Under the pieces are notes generated by a model. The model was not told the DNA's origin, did not search any database, and saw only the letters and a list, made by a program, of their open reading frames with translations. Position numbers and translations under genes: made by a program. Positions 1 to 13,974 of a stretch of 64,000 nt of DNA are shown here, in pieces. The stretch comes from Eledone cirrhosa (lineage: Eukaryota): the NCBI GenBank assembly GCA_964016885.1, contig OZ024742.1:122760001-122824000 (forward strand), written 5' to 3'. Each line of letters starts with the position of its first letter. The first letter of the stretch is position 1.

Positions 1-108
1 TCGTGAAGTAGCAGCGATTTTTTATATGGTTAATTATTTTAATTGGGAGAGGAAATGGTATCTGGTGATTCTATAGACATGTTTTATGATATATATATAT
101 GTATACAT

Positions 109-336
<228 letters not shown>

Positions 337-613
337 CGTTTTCATCTACGAATCTACGGTTTTTCTTGCTATCATATATGGCCCTTTAGATTAGAGCACA
401 TGTTGAATATATTTCTCAATGAGTTTCTTTTGTGTATGTTTGTATATATTTATTCCGGTCGGCATTTATCTATATTAAACCTTCAACTCCTACAACCAAG
501 CAAGCCACAACAGGCAACCACCTACACAAACATCTATCATTTAAGTTGTGCTTTCCATATACTCATAAACACACACACGCACAAGCACGCATACACACAC
601 CTATACACACACA

Positions 614-658
<45 letters not shown>

Positions 659-752
659 ACACACACATACACAAACACATATATGTGCACTCACACAAAC
701 ACACACACATACACATATATATATATATATAATATATATGTATATATATATA

Positions 753-1133
753 TTTATTAAAATAACAGATTAAAGTTTAAGCATAGAATCGCTGCTTTCA
801 CCCTTAACGTTCATTGCCAGAGAACGTCTCTATGCACCACCTAAGAGAACATTAGTCTACGACCTCTTTTATACCATAAACGTGGTTCTGTCTTTGCGCG
901 TAATTGTTTTTCACCGCTCCTATTAATGACGTATTATTCGTTTTCTCTCGTTCTTTGCCAGCGAACGTTACCACGAACCAAAGTATCGTCTTCCTGTCTT
1001 CCTCCGATTGCAACGTTTTTTGAAATATCCAGTTCTGCGTTTACAGATTGACTTTGTTAGTTTCAGAAGATCCCGTTAAGGGTGAAAGCAGCGATTCTTT
1101 GCTTAAACTTTAATCTGTTATTTTAATAAATAT
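753..1133 (+). mobile_element. Dispersed repeat family A with ~57-bp inverted terminal duplication (probable Penelope-like pLTR remnant)
   Basis: 753-809 (tttattaaaataacagattaaagtttaagc...cccttaacg) is the reverse complement of ~1075-1130. The whole body recurs inverted at 22713-23132 and its end recurs at ~59908-59958. Confidence 0.7.
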
Positions 1134-1252
1134 TTGCTCTACGGTTCTTATATATTTGATATATACTTTCCTTATCGATCCCTCTATGGATTTTAGTCTT
1201 CAATTTTATTATTATTACTATATATATATATATATATATATATATCCAGAGA

Positions 1253-1294
<42 letters not shown>

Positions 1295-3758
1295 TAGAGA
1301 GAGAGAGAGAGAGATAGAGAGTGAAAGAGAGAGAGAGTGAGAGTGAGAGAGAGATATATATAGAGAGAGAGTCAGACGGAGATATCGATAGATATGTGTT
1401 TGTGTGTATATATATACATATTGACAGTAAATATTTTTGAATATTTAATATTTAATATCTAAGGAAATCACAGCCCCGATACTATTTTGGGGTGTCTCTA
1501 AGTTGAACATTAATAAATTGAAATGCTTGACACAAATTTTGCGTTTTGACTTCAATGTTGCGTATTTTCATAAACATTGATTTATTTGCACAAAATTTAT
1601 ATTTATTTTGTATCCATGTGAATATAAATATGATGTGTATCTAACGTACGTTATATTTAAAACTGTTAAGTGTCTTTATTGATTTTGTGTACAATTTTTG
1701 AACCCACATTATTTTGGCATGGAAACAGTTATATGTATACTTAGAGTCTGTTGTTTTATCTATTATAGATTGTTTTTTCTAAATTGAAATGTCCGACTGC
1801 TCATTGGCTCTTCAGTACATTTGGTGTTCTCCACAGTGCAAAGTAATTAAATGTTTAACTAGGAACATGACAGATATTTCCTATGCCAGGAATCAGTTAG
1901 TTTACAATTAATAGAAAATGAAATCAGAATGATGAGATTCAAAATTACATATATTAACTACCAATATAATTAAGTGTGTGACGGAAAGTAAATTTATCTG
2001 AGAAGGAGAAGTAATAGTTAAAAATGTATGAGTTACAGGAAGTAACGTTTGATGGGAGGATGAAAGGGTGAGAGAACATCATTAATAAGCGCGTATAAGT
2101 TATTTGTTAATGTCACTAGAAATTATACATACTTTAAAAATACATTAGAAAATTATTTCAAAACTTGTAGTGTCTCAGAAGCGGCATATTCAACAATTCA
2201 AAGCGTTTGGGAGGTTTAAAAACAATATATAAATATTTATTTTGAATGCAAATATTGGGGCTTATATTTCGAGAAAGTTAATCTCTTAAAACATATTTTC
2301 AAACCTTTCGTTTCATGTTAAAGATTTATATGAGTATGGATTATATAATTTGGTCAGGTCAAGCTTCTGCCTGCTACTAGAACCATGTAACCTAGTACAA
2401 CCTGCTTCATGGTACAGTGGTCGGTGACTAAACAGGCTCCCAACCAGACGCTGGGCTGATGAAGAGGATAAGTGTGCCACCAGCAGCCTAAAAGCATGGG
2501 CTGTTGAAAGGTGGATGAAGTCTTCAGAGTCAACGGCCATCCACTCCAGCTATAGGTTAAACAACCTCATCAACCCGCAATAGGCCAAGCGTGGTAAGTA
2601 CGACTACACCCTTGACATGATCAAAACCAAACAGAAAGCGGTGGAGATGAACCATGGAGAGGTTCCTCCAGCAGGAATGGGAAGGGCCTGGATTGGATTG
2701 TAGAATCTGGTTATTGACTAAGATTTAAATGTGCAATGCAGCAGTAAATAACTTTCGATTCGATTATTCTACAGCTACAATGCTATTCAAGAAATTGAAC
2801 TGATAATCATATATAATATATGTATTTTTTTATATTATATTTTTTGCGCAACATGCCATTTTATTTAATTATAATATTCTATGTTCCAGCATCCACTGTT
2901 GAATTATTCTACTAGCAACACGTGCTATGTAACTAATATCTATTAGTATATATGCAGCTGACTACTATTTTTCCATTTATACGAGGGTAACTATTTCTAA
3001 GTATAGTTTTTAAACAATAAACTCTTATCATGCCAGTAGCCAATATTTCAGCTATAAACAGTGATTCAGATGCAGTTAATAGTGGATTCGTCTCCTGTCA
3101 GATATCAAACCAGAGACATACATTTTTCATAGAGCGAAGCGGTTTCCATTGCAAAACGGAATGTCCCTGGAAAGGCAGCTGATGAAAACGTTGTTGGATT
3201 AATTGAATAAGAAGAAACAAACTCTTGAAAATAATTTGATATCACAAAACTTCCTGCTGATAAAGTAAGCATTCAAAACAGGCAGACAGGTTGTAGAGCA
3301 TGGCATGAATAAATAATTGTTGGGAAATATTTATTATGAGGCAACTATACTAGGAGTTTTATTAAAATGACCTCTGCAAAACAAAAACACAACTTTTATG
3401 AAAAATAAATAAATATAAAATAAGTAGGGACAACACCATCGACTATCCTTCCAACATAGCTGTGATTCAAAAGAAATATTGATTAAATAACTCTATGCCA
3501 GCTACTAATCTAATTTAGAATCAACAGATTTCGAATGGTTCGGTTTGTATATGCTTACTTGCGTATACAATTTCTTTCTTCTTTTGCGCACATAAAATAC
3601 ACTTATATAAACGTATAAATATTAAAAAAAGGGATGAACACGAATAGACATACACACACAAACAAACAGACTCCCCACAAATCAGTACACATATAAACAC
3701 ACTCATACATCAATTTACGTATGCATATATGATCATGTGCCTTGAATTTACACATCCC

Positions 3759-3802
<44 letters not shown>

Positions 3803-3927
3803 GGGGGGGGGGGGTATATATATATATAGATAGATACGCAGTCACACATACACTCATACACCCGCACACACATATATATGTATAAATCTATGTATGTATG
3901 TGTATATATATATATATATATATAAAC

Positions 3928-3989
<62 letters not shown>

Positions 3990-4721
3990 GAGTATATATA
4001 CGTATATGTGTGTGTCTGTATGTGTGTGCATATATGGGTGCGTGTATATTATGTATGTATTAAGTTTCAAATCCATACAAAATATATTACCATGCAGGAA
4101 TATAGATTTAGGAACGAATAATGTAGCCAATGATAAATATACTATAAGTATATTATACATAGTCCGCATTTTTACATATGCATGTATATGTAGATACATA
4201 CGCAAACACACACATACACACAAAGACACACACTCATACATATATACATATATCTATCTATATATATATATATTTATATATATATATATATGATTTTATA
4301 TCAATATAGTCATTTGTTGCTTGTATTTTTGAGAGCGTGGGATTCATATTAATGTTGTTCATGGCTTTTATATCAAAATGCAAACAAAAACAAATATCGT
4401 ATAACTCATCAGATACATTTTACTGGTCAGTAGTTTAGACATTTTGTCTTCCACATACACAAATTCAGTTACCATCTCTCACTACGTATTTTCGTTCTCT
4501 TCTCTATCCTTGTCTTCCACTCTCTCCTACGCTTCTCTGTTCATTCTATCTATATTACTTTCTAATTTGTGTATTGTTCCTTTATCTCACTTAAATTATA
4601 ATTTCTCATTTTCTCTATCTTATTGCTAATCATACCCAGACATCTGCCATTCACTACTTTCTCCCATTCTTCCTCTATGAATCTGTCAGTATGTCTGTCT
4701 CTCTGTCTGTATGTCTCACTC

Positions 4722-4736
4722 TCTATCTATCTATCG

Positions 4737-4810
<74 letters not shown>

Positions 4811-4908
4811 TGCCGCCTCCTTATTGAGGACGCTTTTTTATGTAAACTCCCCCATTGTACTTGTCCCACTATTTGTTGCCCTGGTGGCAAATAAAAAGAA
4901 AGTTATCA

Positions 4909-4982
<74 letters not shown>

Positions 4983-4983
4983 A

Positions 4984-5068
<85 letters not shown>
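4722..5068. repeat. (ATCT)n tetranucleotide microsatellites followed by (TA)n
   Basis: Two (ctat)n tracts separated by ~100 bp of unique sequence. Confidence 0.95.
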
Positions 5069-5071
<3 letters not shown>

Positions 5072-7096
5072 CTAACTATCTCTATCTCTCTTCGTATATA
5101 ACATACGCAATTGTATGTACATATATATATATATATTTATATATATATATATATATTTATATATGCGTATATATATATATATATGTCTGTATGCACGTGC
5201 GTATGTGTGTATGTATGTACGTATGCACCTCAGACACAATTGTATAGCAATCACTCCCACAAACTCGTACGCACAGACACGCACGTACAAAGACACATAC
5301 TCACACACACACACACACATACATATATATACGTGCTCACCCACATATAATTGGAATTGCGCAGCTTTATAATATAATTAATTGCAGTGATAAAAGTATA
5401 AAATACTTCATAAAGAGAATATGTAAAAACTATTAGTATTGACTAAATATATACATTTAGTGAATCACGTAGATATTCTATGCAGATCACACCAAAATGT
5501 AGGAATCAGTTAACATGTATATCATATGGACATATCTTGACTGCTTTTATGAGCCAATACGCCTTCATCCTTCATCAATATGAAGCAAGGTTGACCTTGA
5601 GAGGTCACCTGATTGCGTCGAGAATGTGTTTGTTTTACAATACATCATCCCACTTTTCAATATTCCACCTCTCTTTCTCTCACTCTCTCACTCTCTCTCT
5701 CTCTATATATATATGTGTGTATGTGTGTGTGTGTGTGTGTATGTGTGTATATGTGTATGTATGTGTGTGTGTTTCTGCGTGTGTATAGATATATTGCATA
5801 ACATATAGTTATAGTAACTGTTTATTTCTAAGTTTCGCCGATATTATTGTTTTTGTATGTATGTGTGTGCGGAAGTGAATGTATATGAATGTGAGTGTAC
5901 ATGTGTATGTATGTGTGTATGTGTGTGTATGAACTTATTGTGTGTGCATTCGTGTTCTTTAAGAGACACTGAGAAGGAGAGAAGGCAAAAACACAGATGG
6001 CTTTTTTTTTTATATATAGGCTCTTTAATCTGTTCCGACTTGTTGCTGTAGCCTTACGACTAGCAAGTGTATTTTTGACTGTCACATCGAATAACCGTCT
6101 GCCACATCCTCTATATTTTCACACTATTAAGTTTCTTTCTTTATCATGTTGTTAATTTTGAATATGTTGTTCACGAATAGAGCGGTTTATGCACTTGTTA
6201 TGCATGTAATCATTTTGTCTTCATTTTGCTTACGTAGATTGAACTTCTTATGACGAGATAAACATTCTCCTTATGCTTCCAAATACATTTTGTGTAGTGA
6301 TTGGGTTGTGTATGGATAACGCTGAGTACAGAAAATTATGGATGTCTGCAGAGCCGTGCCTTAGGCATTACCTTGTTTTAATTATCTTAAAGTTAAACAT
6401 ATATATCGCAAAGTAGAGAAGGAGAATTATTGGACCCATTACTTCCGTGGTTCGAAATTGTAAAGATTCTGATTAATAATTGGTTCCACAAGAGGCTTGA
6501 CGACCATGAATTGAAAACGTAGTGATAGAACATGTATGTGGGAAACTTAGATAAATGTTTATCACATGTCACTCCATAAAGAACTGGAATGAGAAAATTC
6601 TCAAATAAAAAAAAAAGATGTTTTAAATGTTATGTGATAAAACTTGTAAAGGTGAAACTTAGAGACTTCTCATATCACGCTTCATAAACAATATTTTACG
6701 ATTTTCGATGATGACACTATCATTCCATATACGATATATGAGATAGCAATCTAAATTTGAAACGTTCAACTGAGTAATTCTTTGTTAAAAGGGATCTCTG
6801 TATTAAACCTCCTCGGTAAAGTCTAAGCGATATTGTCGAGTCCAGGCTAGCTGATGAACAGTGCAGTTTTCGCCTCGGACGCAGTACAGCCAACCAAATA
6901 TTCTCACTGTGACAAGTCTTCGTCAAATTGTAGGAGTTTTGCTAAGAGATATATTCTTGTTTTGAACATAAATTGAAAACCCTTTTTTTTTTTTACTTCG
7001 GAACAGTTCCAACAATATGTAATAATGTCTTACTTGAAGACCGTATGGATATTTGATATAGACACGAATTAGTAACAATTAGTAGCTATTCTATAT

Positions 7097-7198
7097 AATT
7101 GTTTCTACTTTAGGCACAAGGCCAGCAATTACCCAGTGCATTACTGGTACTTTATTCTATCGTAAGGATGAAAGGCAAAGTCAACCTCGACGGGATTC
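7097..7198 (-). mobile_element. tRNA-derived SINE, 5'-truncated
   Basis: Reverse complement of the SINE body at 56480-56653 (tttctactttaggcacaaggccagcaatt...ggatgaaaggcaaagtcaacctc). Confidence 0.85.
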
Positions 7199-8840
7199 TA
7201 TATAATGTCTTGCAGAATGAAAATTACACCATTGCCAAGAACACACCATTAATAATAAGTACGAAAATACAACTGAGGGACACAGAACCTGGCAATTAGA
7301 ACAATAGTTTTCAATGAGAATCGCTCAGGTGCTAGGGTGCTATTCCTGACATTCTGGAATACTTAAGTTCACTTTACATAGATCTCGAACCTACAAATAT
7401 ACAGTCAAATACTCAAGAAACATAGGCTATTTAAAGTGTAATTACGTATATTACATGTTGTGAAAGTGTTCTGATTCAAAAGGCTATCTTACTCATTATC
7501 CGAGAATATATCTTAAGAATTCTTGGTGTACCATTGGTATGTTAAAATAACAGGAATTAAGTTAAATCTAATTTGAGATTATGGAAACGCATGTGCTCTG
7601 TTATATAATTGGAAACATGGTCACCCGACAAGTGAATGAGTTTCGACGGCAAACATGCTGTAAGATGTTGTCTCTCATAGATGTTTATAATGACTAAGTT
7701 GAATTGCTTTGGCAGAGGTAGTAGTATCAACGTTTAAAGAAGAAATATATGTAGTAGATGAATAGAAACTTCAGAGCTGATAGAGTTAACTTCCTCGTAA
7801 GTTGTATCATTACAGTAATGGTTATAACCGCATTCCGATTTTATTATTATATATTCCTGACCAAACGTCTTTTTGTATATCCAGAACTTTAATCTTCAAT
7901 ATGCCCCTCATTTTAAAAGGCTATTGTGTGTGATTTCAGAGAGGGTTTTGTTATTTTTAGCAGATTGATAGACTACATATTTGCTCTAATATATTGTTTT
8001 GTGAGCTGTGTTAATCTAATTATTTACTATCAATAGACATACCTACCTTTTATATACAACCCATAATTATATCTACGAAAGTCCCAATCATTTCATCAGT
8101 GAAGGAGCTTCTACGGGTGATTCAAAGTACTAGATATAACAACCAAATCCTACTCATATCAACACAAAATTTGTTTCATAGATGGAATGATAAATTAGGA
8201 TTGTTCCTCTAAAACCAATGGGATGTTCATGGCAGATATCTTTCTCAACCACTGGATAAGATGGGCCTAAAGAAGAGAACCACGGCCAGTTCGAACAACT
8301 ACAAATTTACTAACAAATATATTTCTCGTAGAAAATAAATGTTTAAAACAAAGAAAAATATTTTTTCTTACACAGAAAAAAATAAAACAAAACATAAACA
8401 AACCAAGTGATTAAACGACTGTGAATGTTTTTAGAAAATGTATAACAAATTACATTAGTAAGAAAACAAAAAAAAACAAAAAGATTTTAATCCTTTCTAA
8501 TGGCATCAATGATCATTTCCTCATTGAAATATTAATACTAAGAAATATATCATAAAACGTTAACAAAAACAATACAAAACATGACAAAATACGAAAGCAA
8601 ATTCCCTCTCCAAAACATTAATCATTTCACGTTTCTATATTTGCAAGATATCGACTGAAATTAAATTTACATTCCATTAATCCTTTCTGAATTCGAAAAA
8701 TTGTAGTTATTAAAAAATAGAATAAGTGTAAATGTCGATAAAAGACGATGTAGTACATAACAGGAAATGAAAGAGAAATACATGCATAGAAACATTATTC
8801 AGTCAAATACTTGTACGTGTATTATACTTTTCTGTTTATG

Positions 8841-8894
<54 letters not shown>

Positions 8895-9720
8895 ACTCAC
8901 TCTCTTTCTTTTAAGCGTGGAACTAATTCGATTTTATGTTTATGCATCCTCGTGTTTGTTTCTTTTTTCTTTATATATATATAGAGAGAGAGCGTGTGTG
9001 TGTGTGTTTATGTATACATAAATTGAACACTTCTAATGTGTATAAAAGATTTATATGTCAAAGGATGTTCATAAACGTCTATGGTAATTTCTTTGATTAG
9101 TAGTGGAAATATATTGTGTTAGTAATATAACATAGAAAAAACGAAATGGTGTTTAAAGCTAATTTTCAATTTATCTCTTACAACGAACGTTACCTCTGAC
9201 GAAGTGGTGTATGTGATTATAGCATAGTAGTATTAGACACTAGACATAGATATCAAAGTACATTGGGAATTAAGAAATAACAAAATTGATCAACTTTCTC
9301 GCCTGACTTTATGTAGTTGGCTGGAGAATAGAGAAAATAGAAGTATAAAAATTAGACGAGGATTAACCCATTCTATGTGTTACGTGTATAACACCATAGA
9401 ATGTAGTTTTCATTTATGACCCATGAATGTAAGTAGTAGTAGTAGTAGTCAGTGGTGGACTGGCCAGGTTGCCAAGTCCTCCCAGTAACATTGCACAGCC
9501 CACTGTAGTATTTCAGGGACCAATGCTTTTCTTTCAAAATTACCCGAAATCTAAGAGAAAGAATAAAGTTAGAAAAAAAATAAAATAAAACAATTATTAA
9601 AACCAAAATATACGATAGTGCAAATAGCTGGAATTAGTGGTTGTATATTCTACTAAATCTAAAGCTTAGTGTATTCATTCATGCATGCAAACATATATAT
9701 ATAAACACAGACACACAAGC

Positions 9721-9777
<57 letters not shown>

Positions 9778-9940
9778 CTTACACACGAACTAATGACCAA
9801 ATAATATTTGGTATCAATGCGTTAAAGACATCTGTCAAATCAATTAGTGGTGAAGGTGATATATATATATATATTGATAGATAGATAGACACACACGCAC
9901 ACACACACACACACATATATATATCTATATATATATATAT

Positions 9941-10303
9941 ACAAATGGTGAAAACAATGAAATTAAACTAAAAATGGTTAATTCATAGTAAAACTCATTA
10001 TTTTACGATCGTTTCTGGGGGGTAGTTCTCCGTATGTCCATTCTATTATTGATCTATGTAAAATATATTACAAAATATCATAGTAAGAAAATATACATAC
10101 GTCTTCACTACTCGCCGTTCTGAAGACGCCGGGTAGTGAAGACGTATGTATATTTTCTTACTATGATATTTTGTAATATATTTTACATAGATCAATAATA
10201 GAATGGACATACGGAGAACTACCCCCCAGAAACGATCGTAAAATAATGAGTTTTACTATGAAATAATCGTTTTTTGTTTAATTTCATTGTTTTCACTATT
10301 TGT
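9941..10303. repeat. Near-perfect inverted repeat (~174-bp arms, 15-bp spacer) containing a hammerhead-like motif; probable PLE inverted pLTR
   Basis: 9941-10114 is the reverse complement of 10130-10303 with few mismatches. The plus strand reads CTGAAGA(10120)...GGGTAGT...ACTACCC...GAAAC-GATC-GTA. Confidence 0.85.
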
Positions 10304-10440
10304 ATTTTTGACTCTCTATCCAATGAATTATATCGTTGAAAATTTTGTATTCTAAACTTTGCTTCACGACACCTTCTACATATGGATTACATTGAGTTCC
10401 TCATACGGCTTAGACCCTACCATTAATAGGTGGATTTATC

Positions 10441-10588
<148 letters not shown>

Positions 10589-10691
10589 TATGAGGTGGAA
10601 CATAAATGAAACATGGATTACAGGTTAAAATGTATTCTAGATAGATGTGAAATAAAACGGGGATGTAGTTTCTGGAACACCCTAACTGTTT

Positions 10692-11146
10692 AGAAGTCGA
10701 CCTTAAGAAGGAGCAATAACATTAAGAAATACATGAACGACAGACACCTCATCGTTTTGTTTTGAAACTTTTGAAAGTAGGTTTATAAGTATTAATTTTC
10801 AAAAGATTTCCGTAGTTGTCTCGGTGGCCTAGTGGTAGGTACTAGAGACGTTGGAGATCCTGTTGTTGGGTTCAATACTGGTCAAGAGGTACATGTAACC
10901 GTTTTCGGTTTTTATTTTACAATCAATAGAAAAAAACTGAAAAGGATTAACCGGACTCCTACTCAGGATTGAACTTCAGACCAAGATAACCACCGGCTAT
11001 GACTTCTCCAACTAGGCCACCGGGACAGCTTGGAATGTATAATGAAAATTGATAATTATAAACCTATTTTCAAAATCAAAGTTAAAAAGATGTGGTGTCG
11101 TGCATGGCTTTCCTAGAGCTATTAGTAATATTTAGGGTCGACTTCT
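10692..11146. mobile_element. Diverged foldback/MITE-like element with two convergent tRNA-like cassettes
   Basis: agaagtcgacc (10692) / ggtcgacttct (11136). A box TGGCCTAGTGG (10825) and B box GGTTCAATAC (10869) on +, mirrored on - at 11008-11030 and 10966-10974. Confidence 0.7.
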
Positions 11147-11372
11147 GGTCATTATTGAAAGTCTCTGGATTTCGCAAAATACATAATATATTTCATTGGA
11201 GAAGGTAAGATATTTTTCCGCAAAAGTTTGATTGCACAGTTCTGTTTCCACTTATGTATTTTTGGAAAATGTTATTTATTCATAATAAAAATTAAATGAT
11301 ACCAATCTATATGTAGGTATGCCTCCTTCATCTCCTGGCAACCAATGTCTTTAGACACAGTCCACCACTGGG

Positions 11373-11390
11373 AGTAGTAGTAGTAGTAGC

Positions 11391-11461
<71 letters not shown>

Positions 11462-11470
11462 GAGTAGTAG
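11373..11470. repeat. (AGT)n microsatellite
   Basis: Directly visible. Confidence 0.97.
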
Positions 11471-11799
11471 TGTTATTAATAACATAATTTATTATATTGT
11501 TTCTATCATCATCATGTATATATTATAACCATACATTATTTACCGGTCTCTGCTACATATATCCGTTAAATTATAATTCTTCTTACTTCTTCTATCTACA
11601 GAACCCATCGTCATTTGGTGTATACAATCCCGTCATTATCTTTTGTTCCAAACACCAAATACAATTTTTCTTACATCGCCCCTCTTAAGTTTTACTGTTA
11701 TCATCAGAGTCAATACGTTTCTTTTACATATCATGTCTCCAAATTTCTTGGTAAATCTTGACTAGTGTTTCTGTGCATAGAATTATCATCCTTAGTCTA

Positions 11800-12130
11800 C
11801 TACAATGAGCACATAGAATTATTTTTAGGACAACTTTATGCAGAGCCAAATCCTCCCTCCTAATGATATCCAGTCCATAACACATTTTGACAGCCGGGGT
11901 CGTGTGAGTAGCCCCACTCCCGCCTGTTCAACCATTTCTGGCAGTACAGCTGAATAGTGGATTTTCCATCCTCCATCCTATTCTACAGTATCAGAGCCAC
12001 GGAACTTTGTTGGAAAACCCGACTATATCTAGCTGGTAACATCTAGCCTTCTCCACTAGTTCCTGCTCCTTTTCTGTAAATGTTGTGATGCTCCAGGTTC
12101 CAATTATCAAGGGTTGCTCCCTTCCGAACG
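11800..12130 (-). pseudogene. Decayed APE endonuclease N-terminus of an RTE-type LINE
   Basis: Manual minus-strand translation gives EQPLIIGTWSITTFTEKEQELVEKARCYQLDIVGFS, matching the IGTWN...LDIVGLSE start of LINE APE domains. Confidence 0.7.
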
Positions 12131-12559
12131 CCTTTTGGGGCGTCGGTCTACGCAACCTTGTGATTCTATCCCAGGCCTTCCAGAACAGATTGCAGGCCCA
12201 TCGCCAGTTTTTACGGCATCAAATGGAGACTGTAATATATGTTTCTAACAGGCCCCTCTACCTAACGCCTGAATGAGTCACTTCTTAACCATATTGCAGT
12301 TTTGGTGGTCTCATTCACGCCAGACACCAATCTCTTACTTTCTTAGATGTGGACTTTACTCGCCTCGTCATAGCTACGTTACTGGGTTGTAAGACCTTTC
12401 TTGGGAGCCACATGTGTCATCCATTGCCCCATTAATCCTACTAGTTGATTACTATTAGTATGAGGTTGCTTATCCGTCCGACAGCTGCCTACGTATACCG
12501 CAACTAACTATATCTGGTGGCCATATCGATATCCTCCAACTACGTCCTGGCAGAACAGC

Positions 12560-13049
12560 TCTGCCAAAAATGCAGTAATGTGCCAGCTTCAGCATTCACT
12601 AATCAGACGGTGGGAGCTAGGTGTAAAAACCAAACTCGCTATCTTCAATTCGCTATTTGGGCCAACCCTTACCTATGGTCATGGATCCTGAGTAATGATT
12701 GAAAGAATACGATTGCGAATACAAGCGACTGAAATGGGATTCCTCAAAAGGGTGCTTCAGCAAGGTTACTTGATAGAGAGCAGAATATGGAGATCAGAGA
12801 GTCACTCAAAGTAGAACCGAACTGAGAGATCACAACTCCGATACTATGGGCATGTGGTAAAATGTCTCAGGAAATATTGTACGGGAAAAACCAACATGCA
12901 GGAGACCTCGGAACAAGATGCTGGATAACATCCATGAGTTTGGCTGGTCTCACTTGGGGATCCAGCCGGATCAGTTGGCGACTGTTGCTAATGACAGGAC
13001 CTGCTGGTAGGAGTGTTTGAGGACTCTGACCCCAAGATCCTCTCAGTAA

Positions 13050-13091
<42 letters not shown>
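12560..13091 (+). pseudogene. 3' fragment of an RTE-clade LINE (RT C-terminus) with (AAT)n tail
   Basis: Manual translation KTKLAIFNSLFGPTLTYGHGS*VMIERIRLRIQATEMGFLKRV ... RSQLRYYGHVVKM; ends in (AAT)n at 13048-13091. Confidence 0.75.
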
Positions 13092-13112
<21 letters not shown>

Positions 13113-13974
13113 GGGAAGAAGACGCACGAGGTGACGGAGGTCATGAAATCGCTCCCGTAAGTTTTGAATTTTTAACATATTTAAACCATTTGTGAAATAA
13201 CAACTCTTAGTACAAATGCTACGTAAAGCACCCGGCTTGAGCCCCAAAAAATTCGGACCCAAAATATATTGTTATAAGGCTCAAATATTCAAATATTCAA
13301 CTTTGTATTGTACACTGTATATCCAAAAAAGAAAATGGCTATAAATGGAAGAAGAACCCCCCCCCCTCCTCCTCTGTATACACTATATAGAACAGCCAAA
13401 CTCACCAACACCAGAAACTAGATACACCACCCACCCTATCACCTGTGTACACTAAACCACCACCGATCACTACGGCCATCATTACAACCATTATCCCATC
13501 ACCGCCGCCACCACCCCTTCACTCCTTCACTGCTGCCACCGCTACAGCACCATCGCTACAGTAATACGGTCACATCACCGCCACCACTGTCTCGGTATCG
13601 ACATCACCACCACCACTGTCTCAGTATCGCTACCGCCGCCAGTCTCCCACTTCTTCTTTTAGCTGGCTGCTGCCACCACATTATAGAATCCCTACTGCTA
13701 AAAAAGAGGAAGGCATCAAAATATATAGATAGACTCAAAAGAAAAAAGAAAAAATAAACAACAAAAGCAGCACAGCAACAACAGTAAAAAACGAGAAAAA
13801 CAGAGAAAAACAAAAACAAAAAAAGAAACCCCCAAAACGTAAAGAAAATAAGAATGAAGAGAGAGGCAGGCGGACGGACAGAGAAGAGGGGGGAAAAAGT
13901 AAAACTTAAAAAACAAAAACTAAGTCAGACATTCGAATACTACATTACAATGAAACTTATGCTTATTCATTTTT

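Noticed and set aside
2340-2720. GC-richer island with CTGATGA (2456) and small stems; possible ribozyme in a LINE 5' UTR
   Set aside because: No consistent hammerhead, twister or HDV fold could be built by eye.
9197-9245. CTGACGA here and CTGANGA hits at 3179, 6852, 27075 and 54587
   Set aside because: No correctly placed stem II-GAAA-stem III-NUH-stem I arrangement.
10814-10890. Functional tRNA gene
   Set aside because: A and B boxes are present but I could not form acceptor and anticodon stems; treated as tRNA-derived.
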